DNA of 64,000 nucleotides from Auanema rhodensis (Eukaryota; Animalia; Nematoda), in NCBI GenBank assembly GCA_964057225.1, contig OZ059898.1:13392001-13456000 (forward strand). Reading direction: 5' to 3'. Numbering within the stretch: the first letter of the stretch is position 1; every line of letters starts with the position of its first letter. A model generated the notes under the pieces. That model saw nothing but the letters and a program-made list of their open reading frames with translations, was not told where the DNA came from and made no database searches. Shown here one piece after another: positions 37,701 through 50,204 of this stretch. The position numbers and the translations under genes were made by a program.

Positions 37701-38131
37701 CACAAGAAGCTTGGACAAGAGCTTCAAGAAGTTTTTTTTTATTTTTCTTTCTCTTTTTCTCTTTCTCTCACTCTTTTTCTTTCACTTCTTTTCTTTTCCT
37801 TTTTTTTTCACAAAAGTATTATTTAGTCTTACTAAAGAATCAAAGAAACATGTGAACAATCCAAACAATTATCAGGAGAGATGAGCAAGAAATCATTGAA
37901 TATTTCAAACGAGCCTCTATTTTGATCCATTCCCGTTAAGATGAAATCAACTCTTGGGAAATCATTAAACACGTCTGATAAGTGATTGATAAATAGGAAA
38001 AAATTTTGAAATATCAAAATTAGTTGAATGTAATGCTTGTACTCAACTCATTTTATTAGGAACGAATGTTTGCCAACTTTATACAGACGATGATAAGTTT
38101 CTTTCGAAAAAAAAAATACAAATGAATGTCT
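34702..38131 (-). repeat. Right arm of the inverted repeat
   Basis: Reverse complement of 29130-32558. Confidence 0.97.
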
Positions 38132-38133
38132 CC

Positions 38134-39204
38134 TTTCATCCCTTATTCGTTCAAATATCTCTCTTTCTCTTTCTCTTCCACTTCATACTTTTACTTTCTC
38201 TGTCTTAGCAAAGGCTAAAGTCAGGAAAAGAACATTGTCACTGGAAAAAAACAAAAAAAAGCAAAGAGAGAGGAAGAGAACGAGTGAGAGGGTGAGAAAG
38301 GGGGTGGGGGAGGGCGAAGAGGATTCTTTGTCTTCAGTCTGTCAAAATTGAATTCATCTATGCTCCTGAACCTAGCTACTACCTCATTGTCACTTCTTTT
38401 AGACTTAGCAACCATATATGTATAATATATCTCTATATCTTTCGCCTACTCACACATTTTAAATGTTTTTGCTCTAAAAAAAACCTTTTTTCTTGAAAAA
38501 AATTTTATACATTCAGATTAAACTGAGATTTTCGTTCTCCATTCTCAATGCTGTTCCTTCGCATTGCCCATATCATGCTGTCATACACAGTAGAATGAGT
38601 TTCGCCTTTGAGAAGCCACATCCGTGTCAATCTTGTTCATGTCGAGAAAGGCTACAAGTCTTCAACGATTATTCTTACGTAAGAATTAAAGAAGCATCTC
38701 AGCAGCATAATCAGATTCAGAGCTTCTGAGCCAACCTTCATGATCAAGGCTTTACCAGTTAGTTAGAATTCAAAATATCTATTTCTATATATCTTTAACA
38801 TTCCTTATTATCAAAAATGTCATAAATTACATTCTCAACTATTCATTAAATCATTTTCATCCTTTATATTCTCAATTTTCTCTAGTAATTTCAAACGATT
38901 AAACATCACTATCACTTTGATTTCTCAATCAAAAATGCTTCAGAGGACATATAGATTATCTATTTGTTTTCTGATTTAATTCATGAAGTATATTATGTTT
39001 AAATGGCTTTTATGTAGTATGATACAAGTCAGGCTTCATCTTTCAATGTCATATTTTGCCCTACGTCATTCTCTTTTCTCGAATCTGTTTCTCGTGTTTA
39101 TTTGATGTCAAGAGAATATTAGTATCAAAATATCAATACTGAACCTTTTTATGTATAAGATTCACATATATTTAGTATAATTATTCCTAATCTCAAGTTG
39201 TAGC
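38134..39204 (+). repeat. Direct copy of 31663-32731 (third copy of 31663-32558)
   Basis: Offset 6471 with identical ORFs. One 2-nt (TA) indel near 39167. Identity ends after caagttgtagc. Confidence 0.96.
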
Positions 39205-42200
39205 TATACATATAGTGATTGAACTCCATTTTTTTTGTTCATGCAAGTATCTCAGAAATGTTCGACATACTAATGGCAATATAGAAATATAAAAACCTAG
39301 GTACCATGTGCGGAGAGAGTATATCTGAGATGAAATGCTTACACATTTTTCTAACAATAGATTTCAATTAGTTTCATATATATTTTTCGTTCTTTAACTT
39401 TTCATCTTAAATCCTTATTGAAGCAAGCTTCTAATAGACTTGACCAAATGAGTCAAACTAGCTGACAAGGCAAATATCCACCCCCCCCCCCCCCCCTCTC
39501 TCTCTCTCTTCATTTCGCTCTGCCTGCCTAGCCATAATAAGAGAAATGAATCCTACGAATGAAGTTGTATATATGATATGTTCCGAGCTTAAGATGCTGA
39601 CCAAATCAGATAATTTTTTTTGAAAAACATTTCTTCAATCCTTTTTTTTCACTTATATTCATTTTATTAACCATGTCTTATTCAAATTATCAAATAATTC
39701 TCTTTTTTTATGAAAAAAAAAGAAAATTTGATATTTATAACAACTTTCACTAGTTATATGAACTGAATCTTCATAATTTATCGTAGAATATCCCTATTGA
39801 GTCAACCTAACAACTGAAAATCTTTTTTTTCCTCCTGTAAATAAAGGATATAATCCATAAGACTATCATAATACACCTTCATTATATCCAAATATCTAAT
39901 CATTTTAAGAATTCATTCACATATCCATATCATTTGTAAAAAAAAATGAAAAAAAGCATTGAGTTCTCCGAAGTTGTCATCTGTGATATCATGTGTATAT
40001 TCAAAGTTCAGTATCAAGCAGACTAACGGGAATGTTATCCCTTTCTAATTTTAAAATGAAAATTTCTCGAAACGATTTCATTTCTTTAAATTTCGGAAAT
40101 TGAGTTCGTTTGCCACTAGGAAGTAGCATCACGGTCCAAACTTATCAAAACCTAAATTAGTCACATATGTAGTTATGGTATACTCTTTAAAATTTCTTCG
40201 GAAATTTTCAATTTATCTATAATTCATTGAGTTAATGACGTAGCTTTTGATATTTTGAAAAGCATATTCAGTTATCATCTTTCGAGTTTTTTCTCATGCT
40301 GTTTATGGACTATTATGTTTCTATGGCGTAAGAAGAGCAGTAAAGACTTTAATAACATATTCACAAATCATTTTTTATTTCCCCGAGACCATATGCATAT
40401 ATGTACATGCTCTCCCTCTTGCTACTGTTGCTGTTCTTCTGTTTAAACGCTTTTTTCAATTTCACGCTTCTTTTATTCCGATTTCTCTATTTTGAATTTT
40501 TCACGTGGACTTTCGCGTGTGCATGCTGCAAATAGCTTAATTTTTCCTGTCAATGCTTACAGAGTGGTTGCTTTATACAAAACTCTCTCTCTTTCTCTCT
40601 ACATCTCAGTTCTTTTTATTGTTGTATGTTTCTCTCATGTTTCCTCACGTATTTTACCTTTCTTTATCTAGAACCATCCCATTTCTCTCTCAAATCATCT
40701 CTGGTGATTGTATTTTCTTTTAGCTAAAGCCATTATGTGCTTCCTTTCCTTCTTCTTCAAGCATTTCACTCAGTCTCAAACAACTAAAATAAGTATTTTA
40801 TATGAGAAGGAAGTTAAGGAATACAAATCTTAGTTTTAGAAAATTGATATGTGCTGCTGATGGCGGAAAGAAGCAATTATTTTAAAGGTTTTGATAGGCT
40901 ACATGAGCATAAAAACTTGTCAAATTTGAAAGAGATAGAATTGTGGATATATTGAACGAAAAGGATCATCAATTAAGGCTTAACATATTTATAAGAACCA
41001 ACAAAGTGATATAAGACAGATTAGCTCTTCCTTAGAGTAAACGAGCTCAGAATGAGTGAGAGAGAGGAGGATAGATAAAGGAAAAGAGACAAAGGAATAA
41101 GTAAGACTGAAAGAGAACAGAATAAAGAATAGAGAGTAATATCGAGAGACAACGAGAACGAGAGAAAAATGTGGATAGGCTGAGGGGAGGATACATAGAG
41201 AAAGCGAAAAAAATGGAAAAACAGTGCTGAGATTGAAACAAAGAAGGAGTTATTCAGTTTTTGCTCAAAGCTTTCATAATCAGGAGACGAAGAACAGCCT
41301 TAAATCTTTTATCGTCTTGTGTATTCTCATCGTCTTCTATTATCTCATCTCTTTGTATAAAGCTATATGACGTCAACTGGTTATTTCCTCATCAAGTAAA
41401 GAAGCATTGTCACTTACCACCACATATATACTACATACATATGTTCAACGTTTTCTCTTACTCCTTTCATCGAACACTCTATTCCTCTCTTTTACTCCTT
41501 TTCACTTACTCTGCGCACCCTCTCCTCATTCATTCATACTCTCTCCATCTCTTTATACTCCTTTTTCTTTCTATTCAACATGTTTCAACTGATCGGCCAT
41601 TCAGAGAATTTTTCCTTAAACCACCAATGTAAATGAAAATTTTCATTTTCTCATCTGATCCATCCTGCTCTTGCACTTCATGTCATTTAGACCATCGTTC
41701 CATTGATATATCTTTTTCGAGACTTCTGAATATGAATGAGATGAAGATAATAAAACTTAACGACGATGAGCGTTATTTTCCTTTTTTTGAAACTTTTTCT
41801 TTCATCTCAACTCAGAAAAAGCTTTAACTTATCATTTTCTCTTTCTCAGATCTTATTTTAACTTCAATCTACCATCATAAGCTCTCAGAAGGAAATTACC
41901 CCAACTATGTACATATGCACATAGATGTCCGAGAGGAAGAGTAGCAAAAGCAAGCTGCAAGCGACAAGCTTTCTACCATTTTCCCGCCCAACAGTTTGTT
42001 GGAAACATCGCAGGAAAACTGAGTCTGCAAAAGCTTTTAGCTCCACACATATATAAATCTTAATCTTATCTAAACATCATACTCATAACATCATCATTGT
42101 TAAATTGGAGTAAAACCATTCGTCTTTTCGCTCATAATCTTCTAAGCAATATTGACGGTAGACAAAGAAAAAAACATTATAATACTAATATTATTACTAG

Positions 42201-42702
42201 ATGTGAAAGATTAATTAATTCATTCATTTTGACGATATCATGACTTATGGACGTTTGAAATATTTTTTTTCGAAACAACAATATCATATCCATGTACTTT
42301 TCTTGATAATTCATTATCTTTATAATCTTCTTTAATCATTTAGTCAAAATATTAAATAATAATAGGCTTTTGTTAAAAACTTTTATGAATCACATCTGAA
42401 TCAATTACAACTCTTCTTATTTATTCTTTTTTAATCTTTTCAATTTTCATTACTAGATCATACTCTTTGTTTTTTGCCGTTTGCACGATAAGATTAGATA
42501 AAAACTAGGTGCAATCAAGTTGTGGTTCGGTACTCAATCACTACAGGAAACTTCAGCATTTGCTTCTGAAGCTGTATCAGAATGTGAACATGCTGACAGA
42601 CAACAGAGCCAATTTCAGTCTGATGCATCATATTTTTTCCTATATTGTAGTTCCGTCTCCATCTGCTAGTTATTTCGTTTAACTGAATTATTGTCGTTGT
42701 CT

Positions 42703-43065
42703 CTTAATTTGACATGATTTTGAATCTGATGCGATCAGCTTGTCTTTGCATATTCCTGAACAGCATTTTTCATTGAGCAAATAGGAAATCTGAACTATTA
42801 GTCATCTTTTCAATTTCTTCCTTCTATTTTACGATTCGTTCTTCGAATTGCCTATCAGATCTCCAAATATGCAACTTTTGCTTCCGGTAGATAGCTCAGC
42901 ATAAGTTGTTTCCTGATGAAAGATAAAACTAGATTGAAATATTATTGCTTTGACTTTGGTCTCAGGTGGTGGTGTTCTAAACTCATCTGAAGACAAAATG
43001 CTCTCATTAGCTTCAACACTCAGTTCTCTGATGCAGTTCATTCCGGCAGCCAAGTGTGTATGCAT
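42703..43065 (-). CDS. Possible small spliced gene of unknown function
   Basis: ORF MHTHLAAGMNCIRELSVEANESILSSDEFRTPPPETK with plausible short introns. No recognisable domain, and the boundaries are uncertain. Confidence 0.25.
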
Positions 43066-44136
43066 GTGTGACTCTATTGGAAGTTATTTTTTTCGGGATT
43101 CAGTCTGCTTCACATAAAGGAGAACAATCAAAGATCATGGCTTATGGCGCTCATTGTATGATAAGCCTGAATTCTTAAGGTGTTCATGTAATTTCCTGTG
43201 AATTTTTTTATATTTTTAATTATAACGTTCTCTTATTTTTATATGTTTTTTAATTCATTTGTCGAAATGCTTGTCTCGTTCTCCGATTTCTCGTGGTATC
43301 CTCAGTTAGCCCTGCCTCTTTAGTAAGTTCTTCACTTTCCCCCGTTTTGGCTCATCTTTCACTTACACATTTTTGAATGTTGTCGAATGATTATATTGTA
43401 TCTCCTTTGATAACAGTTACCCATATTGTTTTCTAAGTCTTTTTGTTTAGCCAATATGTAAATAACTTCCATAAATCTGACAATAAAAGGATTGAGAGTG
43501 AAAGGGAGGAGGGAAGATGACAGAGAGGGAGAGAGATCACGTTATCGCTGCTCACTTTTCGTTTTCTCTCTTCATCTCATAAAGACAACAACATCTCTGT
43601 ATATAATGTATGGTATGTAAATCCTTTTGCTTGGAGACGAGATTTTCAGTTAGTAAATCTCAATCAAGATTAGCAAACTGGGCTCACAATTTACCTCGTA
43701 CATCTCCCTATCCTCTCCATCTCCACCTCCATACATTTCTCTCTCTCTCTATACATCACTCCCTCTCTTCATATTGCACTTCTTTTCTTTCGCCATGCTC
43801 TTATTTTCATTTTTTCTGTTTCTCCGTAAAAATAACTGAATGAAATAAAGTTTTTTTTTCCCATTTCGTTTATGTTATGCCATTTGATTTTCAAATATGG
43901 AAAGAAGATGCAAAATGAACAGTCAATCATGATAATTTTTCATTCTCATACTTTTTCTTTTTTCGAAATCTTTTCATTCTTATCTTTCCTTCACAACTTT
44001 TTTCTTTTATTACAAAAATATAAAATCAAACAACATTTTTTTTCCCAATTACAACTATGTGCTACTAGTGAATATTGTTTTCAATATATGGTTCTTTTTT
44101 TTTGTTTTTATCATCTTTATAATTATCTTTTTCAGG

Positions 44137-46365
44137 ATGCATTCATTGAGCGATCTTCCAACATGTCACAGTCCATCAGATGGGATCGCTCTCCTCATTG
44201 ATGGATATTTAACTACATTTCTTATTATAGGTAACTATTTCAATCAAAACTTTCATAAATACAGAACTAAATATAACTTTTATAAAATACTTTAATTATA
44301 CTTCGGTGCTCATTCAAAATATATATTTTTATTAGTATAGAGAAGTATAATAACTCAGAAATATCAAAAAACAACTCATGTAACTATGCTTTTCCTTTCT
44401 TTCTTGACACAAATTCAAAGATATCACAATCAAAAACTAAAATATAGTATTCATCATATTTAAAATGCGAAATCTTTTTTTTTTTTTTTTTTGAAAATAA
44501 AAAACATTCACATTTTCCATCTGAACCAATCGAAAAGCCAGACTAACGCAGATTTTCGGCTTTACAACCAACCGTTCATAGCATATGCAAATGAGAAAAC
44601 AAAATTTTTTTACACGTAACGTGTAATTTGCATATTTTTACGTGATCGATAAGATTGAACTAATCAATTGAATTAACTGGCTTTCATGTATTAGAATGAA
44701 GTTTTTTTTTATTAATTCTGTCACATTTCATAAACATAACACATTTATAGTTATAAAATAATTTCATCACGTTACTTTAATTGTTCATTTCCTTACAAAG
44801 AAAAAATAGATTAACAACATTTTTTTAATTTTTAAAGAAAAAAAAACTTTTTTATTGGAACCAAGGGAATCACGTGATTTTTTGATATAATTAAGAATAA
44901 AAGCGGATATTCATATCTTCATTAGTAGTTCTTTTCCATTAATTTCCCGGTTGAAACAACATATAAAACATATGTAGGAGTATATGTATGTGATCATATA
45001 AAGCACAAATGCGGGGCGAGTGATGTTGAAAATATTATTATTAAAAAAATACTTTAAGGTATAATATAGTTTATATAATATATATATATATTTATATTAT
45101 ATACATACATATATATGTCTATATATCTAACTAGTACTCTTACTCTCTCTCATATATGTCTCTAATAGTATATATATACCAATTATAAGACTATTATTCA
45201 ATATGAAGAAGCCTCCAAATTCATTTTCGATCATGATGACTCTAAAAATATAAACAAAAACGAGAATACATAATCAAATGAAAAGAATGCTTTCATACTC
45301 ATAAATTACGTTTCGGTCTTCACAATTTCAGTTTCAATTTTTTTGAAAATGAAACATCAATTTGAACCAAGAGGGGGGTTCATGCATCGTAATGATTATG
45401 ATGTTTTTGATTGATATATTGTCAGAATAATACTCCATTTTCACAATCTTTCAACTGGTAACTAATAAAAATTGAAGAAGGGACAGGAAAGCATAGGTAG
45501 TAAACAGTTAAATTTTTCAAAAAAATAATCGAATAAGCTTCATTTTGTTTTGAAATCACGCCGAAACATGCAACAATAGTACTCACTAACCAAAGATTGA
45601 ATTGATTGTTCAAAAAGAAATTTTAAAAAAAAATTTACAGGAGGAATTTTGGGTAATGTTTACTGTTTGCGGATACTGTATAAAACATCAATCAATACTG
45701 AAATGCTTGTATCATTAACAGGTAAGATTGAATTGACTTTTCCTTTTAAATGAAGAGAAGATGGAACAAAGAGCAGAAAAAAAAAGAAAATTATTCAGCT
45801 ACTTGTCATGAAAATTTTGGATATCTTTCATTCATGAATGAGAGTTAAACAGGGCATAACAAGGAAAGCTGACAGAAATTTCATTCAGTCATTTGTGACA
45901 CATGTTACAGGATAATATTAAGTAATAGAGAGAGCAAAGAGAGTAAGAGGGAAATAAATAGAAAGAGGAGAGAAAGTATTAAAATTGTAAAAACGATTCG
46001 AACATCAAGGACTTTTCTTTTCAGCCTTAGCTGTCTGGGACATGATCCTGTTGGTGACGTCATTATTCCATCATTCCCTCTGGGCAACTCTGCACAGCAT
46101 AGGCTTCCATCCGCAGCCATGGGATCCATATATCGTAGCTCTCGGGGGTCTACTGGAGTGTTCTCATTTAGCATCGGTTAGTAAGCTGTTATCAATTTTT
46201 ATTGGAAACAATAATTCATCTCTTGTCATGTTGTTGGTATTGTTGTTATTGTTTTTAAGTAATGTATCGAAATGTTTGAAACACAATACCAAACTCAAAC
46301 AAATAAAACGAAATTTGGTGAAAATGACAATCTTCTAGTGTTCTTTTTACCTGCTCATATTCATA

Positions 46366-46413
<48 letters not shown>

Positions 46414-47921
46414 GAATTTCTGATTCCTTTTTGCTTCATCATCCATTAGGCATTATTGAATTCTGCATATGAAGTGAATCTGGCGATTGACAACCTTATG
46501 CCTAAATAGTTCATTTGACAACGGAAAAGTGAAAAGTTGCACATTTCTTAAGTTCTTTATCCTTTTAAAACACCAATTTATGGATTGAACTTTGATATTC
46601 TTTCTCTGCTGCAGCTCCTTTGGAACATTTTTTGAAACAATGATGCCCTGTGAACAAAACGAAGTACAGCATTTCTTTGATCAAGATTCCAGCTATTTTC
46701 AAAATTATTCTGGGAATACTAAGAAGGAATTAGAGATTGAATAGCACCATATGATATAGAACATGATGTTTGCAAGCCTAATTCTGAACACAACGATCAT
46801 TTTCGCATGAACATTTTCAATTTTAGACTTGGATGCTGTTGCATGTTTCATTAACAAGATTTTTTGCTGTATCCAGACCATTCAAGAACTTTGTCGTGTC
46901 TTATCGGAAACGTGGTCGTCGAAGCTATTGGAGAATTATCGGAGGTAATACTTACACAAATCAGGAAGAACATCAATGAATGATATGTATCTTGTTCAGG
47001 ACTTGTTCGAATACCATTGTTTCTGACAGTTATTGCCTGCTTGATCACAATACCATGTGCCTTTGAATACAATTTAATGCCATGCACGCTAGGATCTGGA
47101 GAATATTACCAGGTTTATATGAAGCATTTATCTAAATTGAACAAGTACTTTACAGAGGGAAGCGACAAAGTTGCTACAAAGCTTTGCTTACTTTCTCTTC
47201 TACCGGACTGTGGTGTTATCACTTTTAAAAACATTCCTCCCATTTATTATCATTACGTTCTTGACAGGTAACATCAAAAATTAGATTATAGATTTCGAAT
47301 TTTTAAATCTTTACAGTCAACACATTGAGAAGTATGAGGCAATCTATGGACAAACGAGCAACTATTCTTAAGCAACAAGGACAAGGTCATTTATTTGAAG
47401 CTGATAAAGATAAAACTAAAAGTTTACAGGTTTTTCAAAGATTTAAACTATCTTTATTCTTGAGTATTACAGGCTATCTCCACTTTGTTATTGGGTAAAT
47501 TCTTAATTTTACGCTGTTGGCCTACTGTCATTGCTATCATTCGAGTATTATGGAATGCCGAACACTCTACGTTCGTAGCTCATGTAGCAGAATTCCTTTT
47601 GCTTCTCAATTCTGCAACTAATTCTCTTGTTTTTGTACTTCTGAAATCAGCGTTCGAATCAAGAAGGTATATCTAATTCATGTCATTAGACCTATTTTAT
47701 CATTATGCTTCAGACTACGTCGAGTTCGTGAACGACAACGTGAGCTTGTTGCTAAGCATGCTGAACAAGTGCTGTGCATTGGAAAAGCTCTTGCGGGTGA
47801 CAATCTCTTCCTCATATCGGATGCGAGCGAAGAATTAGATGACGATGAGCACAGCAAACTTCAGATGTCATCATTAGGCTCATCAGACATGAACACGTCC
47901 TTTCAACAGCTAATGCATTAG
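44137..47921 (+). CDS. Class A FMRFamide-receptor-like GPCR (divergent), multi-exon
   Basis: GILGNVYCLRIL, LAVWDMILL, STWMLLHVSLTRFFAVSRP, FLPFIII, ILRCWP and LLLLNSATNSLVF. TTTCAG immediately before the ATG. TAG at 47919-47921. Confidence 0.88.
46369..46402. repeat. (CT)n microsatellite
   Basis: Perfect TC run in a GPCR intron. Confidence 0.9.
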
Positions 47922-48448
47922 TTTAACATCATTGACCCTACGAGTATTCATCTTCAATATTTCCTTTCGGATCAAATTTCTATAGAAACATAATCAGATT
48001 TACCATACTTATCAGTTTATACATATTAGATATATAATTCTTATTAGGGAATAATTTGTCAGTAAAAAACGTAGTTTCATACTTCATCAAACACTTGACA
48101 TTTTTCCAAAGCTACTTATATTACGACAGTTTTAACTTTCTTTTAGAACAATTGTGTTTGTGCAATATTTTTCATTAGTTTTCACTTTCATGTATTCCTC
48201 CAGGTCTTTAGTAATACTGTAATCTCTTTATCAATTTGATTCTCTAATTTCTCAGTTCTTTCCGGGTATTCTCCCTTCCCAAATACGGTTATACCATTGT
48301 TGTTAAATTTCTCTCGAAAATTATATTTATTTTTACAACTCAATTTATATTGTACAACTTATACTAAATTTAGTAAACATTTGAAAACTTAGAAGTAATT
48401 ACGCCAAAACCACCAGCTTATTTCCCAATATGTGTTTCTTTTTTTATG

Positions 48449-49315
48449 TTAAACCTTTTTGCATAGTTTGAAACTATTGCACATCCGTTCTGAAACTTGA
48501 AGACCGGTGTTAGGGCGATCATATTCCGTCAACAATCTTCTTAACTGATTCTGAATTGAATATACATAGAAATATTACAATATAGCTATCCAACTCTGAA
48601 ATATATCCTACAAACAAGTGTAGATGCTCGCTTCAGAACTTTCTGTACGATTTTATCACAAAACTTAACAAGGGCTTCCTCACGCAGTCTCTAAAACATA
48701 AAATATCAAAAATCGCACAACGTAGAAAATGATGATAATGGTCATATTTGAACAGCCTGTCAACTGAGCTTGACCTATTATAAATCAAAGAGTAAAATAA
48801 TTTGAGAATATCTAATTAATTTTTAAAAGAACATACTAGTTCGTCTTTCGCGAAAACAATATGTTCATACAGCACAGACTTGCATAATGCGCATTTATAT
48901 CTTTCAACTATTGAATCATGCGTGAGTGGACGACTTGTAGTTCGAGGAGCAAAAGTTGGAAGCAGAGGAGGTAATGTCGGAAGAGGACCAAACGTAGGAA
49001 ACAGAGGACGTAATGTTGGAAAGGCAGGTAAAGTGGGAAGTAGACCACCGTCAAGCTGAAATATATAATAGCATTAATCAAAATTCAAAAAAATATGTTG
49101 TTTAGCATAATGAGAAATGTGTATGTAGATGTATGTGAAAGTCTATGCGCAACCGCTCATCTGTCTACAAATTGTCAAAAATGATATTGCACGCCAAAAT
49201 TAGCATATTGAAAATGTACAATCAGAATCAATTTATTGTTAAATACCTGATCAGCAGCCAAAGCACAAAAGACAGTTGTTAGGAAAGTGATTGAGAACAA
49301 TTTCGAATCAGACAT
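48449..49315 (-). CDS. Secreted saposin-like protein with a Pro/Thr-rich N-terminal repeat
   Basis: Signal peptide MSDSKLFSITFLTTVFCALA, then KCALCKSVL...KFCDKIVQK...RMCNSFKLCKKV*. The phase of the middle exon is unresolved. Confidence 0.65.
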
Positions 49316-50204
49316 CTTGATATGCTTAGTCTAGACATGGTGAAAGCCTATTTATACCAATTACCAAAAGTACCATCACTACTTAATCCATAAACACCTG
49401 ATAAAAAGTGCTCGAAATCTTTGAAACTCACAGCAATAGTTAGTTTCAGACAGTACAAGATTACTTTAAATATTTAACCGTAATTCAGAGTGCACTCCAC
49501 ATTTAGTCTGAATCAGTGATCTCGAGACCACGCCCAAACTGTAATTTCGAGCCAGTTTAGGAAACAAAATATTAATAATATTTTTTTGTTTGAAACCACG
49601 TATCTAAAACAGTCTCGCATCTAAATTAAATACCGGGACACGCCGAGAATCCAGCAATACACACCGATCATTGGATTTTATAACAGCTGAATTTTAGAAA
49701 AAAGAAATACGCCATTGTGTTCAATTAAGAAGAAAAATTTGTCCAATATGTCTGATGACCTCCTTCAACTTCTAAGAAATTGTAATAAATGCTCAGCATT
49801 TGTTCTAGAAGCGAACAATATTCTCTTGGAAATTTCCGTTCAAACGGGCGGGCCAATTCCCTGCGTATTCAAGTTCATGTTATTTCGCTAATACTCAGCC
49901 AAGTCACTTCAAATTTTGAGCGCCACCTTAATAAAAGACTATCTGAACTGCTATAATGAATTTAATTACTTGTTTATTGATTATTCAATGTTAATAGAGA
50001 AGATATCATGATTTAAAATAGCATTTGAAGCCTTAATTCAAGTTTTGAAAGTAGCATTACAGCATTATCTCTCATTTTCCTTCTCTAAATATAAACATGT
50101 CCGAGTTCTCCCGTCTATGTAATTTTTCTCTTCCCGTGTTTATTCATAACAACTTTCAGGTCATAGTGATATCTCTTCTTTATATTGTATATATTAAGTA
50201 AAAA

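Noticed and set aside
29130-38131. Interpreting the 3.4 kb arms as TIRs of a MULE, Maverick or foldback transposon
   Set aside because: No target-site duplication, no AGTAGT-type Maverick termini and no transposase. Arm sequence runs on into C and downstream DNA in the third copy, as expected for duplicated host DNA. Revisit if the arms are multicopy genome-wide.
29243-38729. Identical short ORFs repeated in the arms (MVAKSKRSD.., MKKILYIQ.. and others)
   Set aside because: Low-complexity chance ORFs whose identity only reflects the duplication.
39481-39496. C16 tract (and G-tract at ~31109-31128) as the G-quadruplex trigger of the rearrangement
   Set aside because: Neither coincides with a junction, so no direct support.
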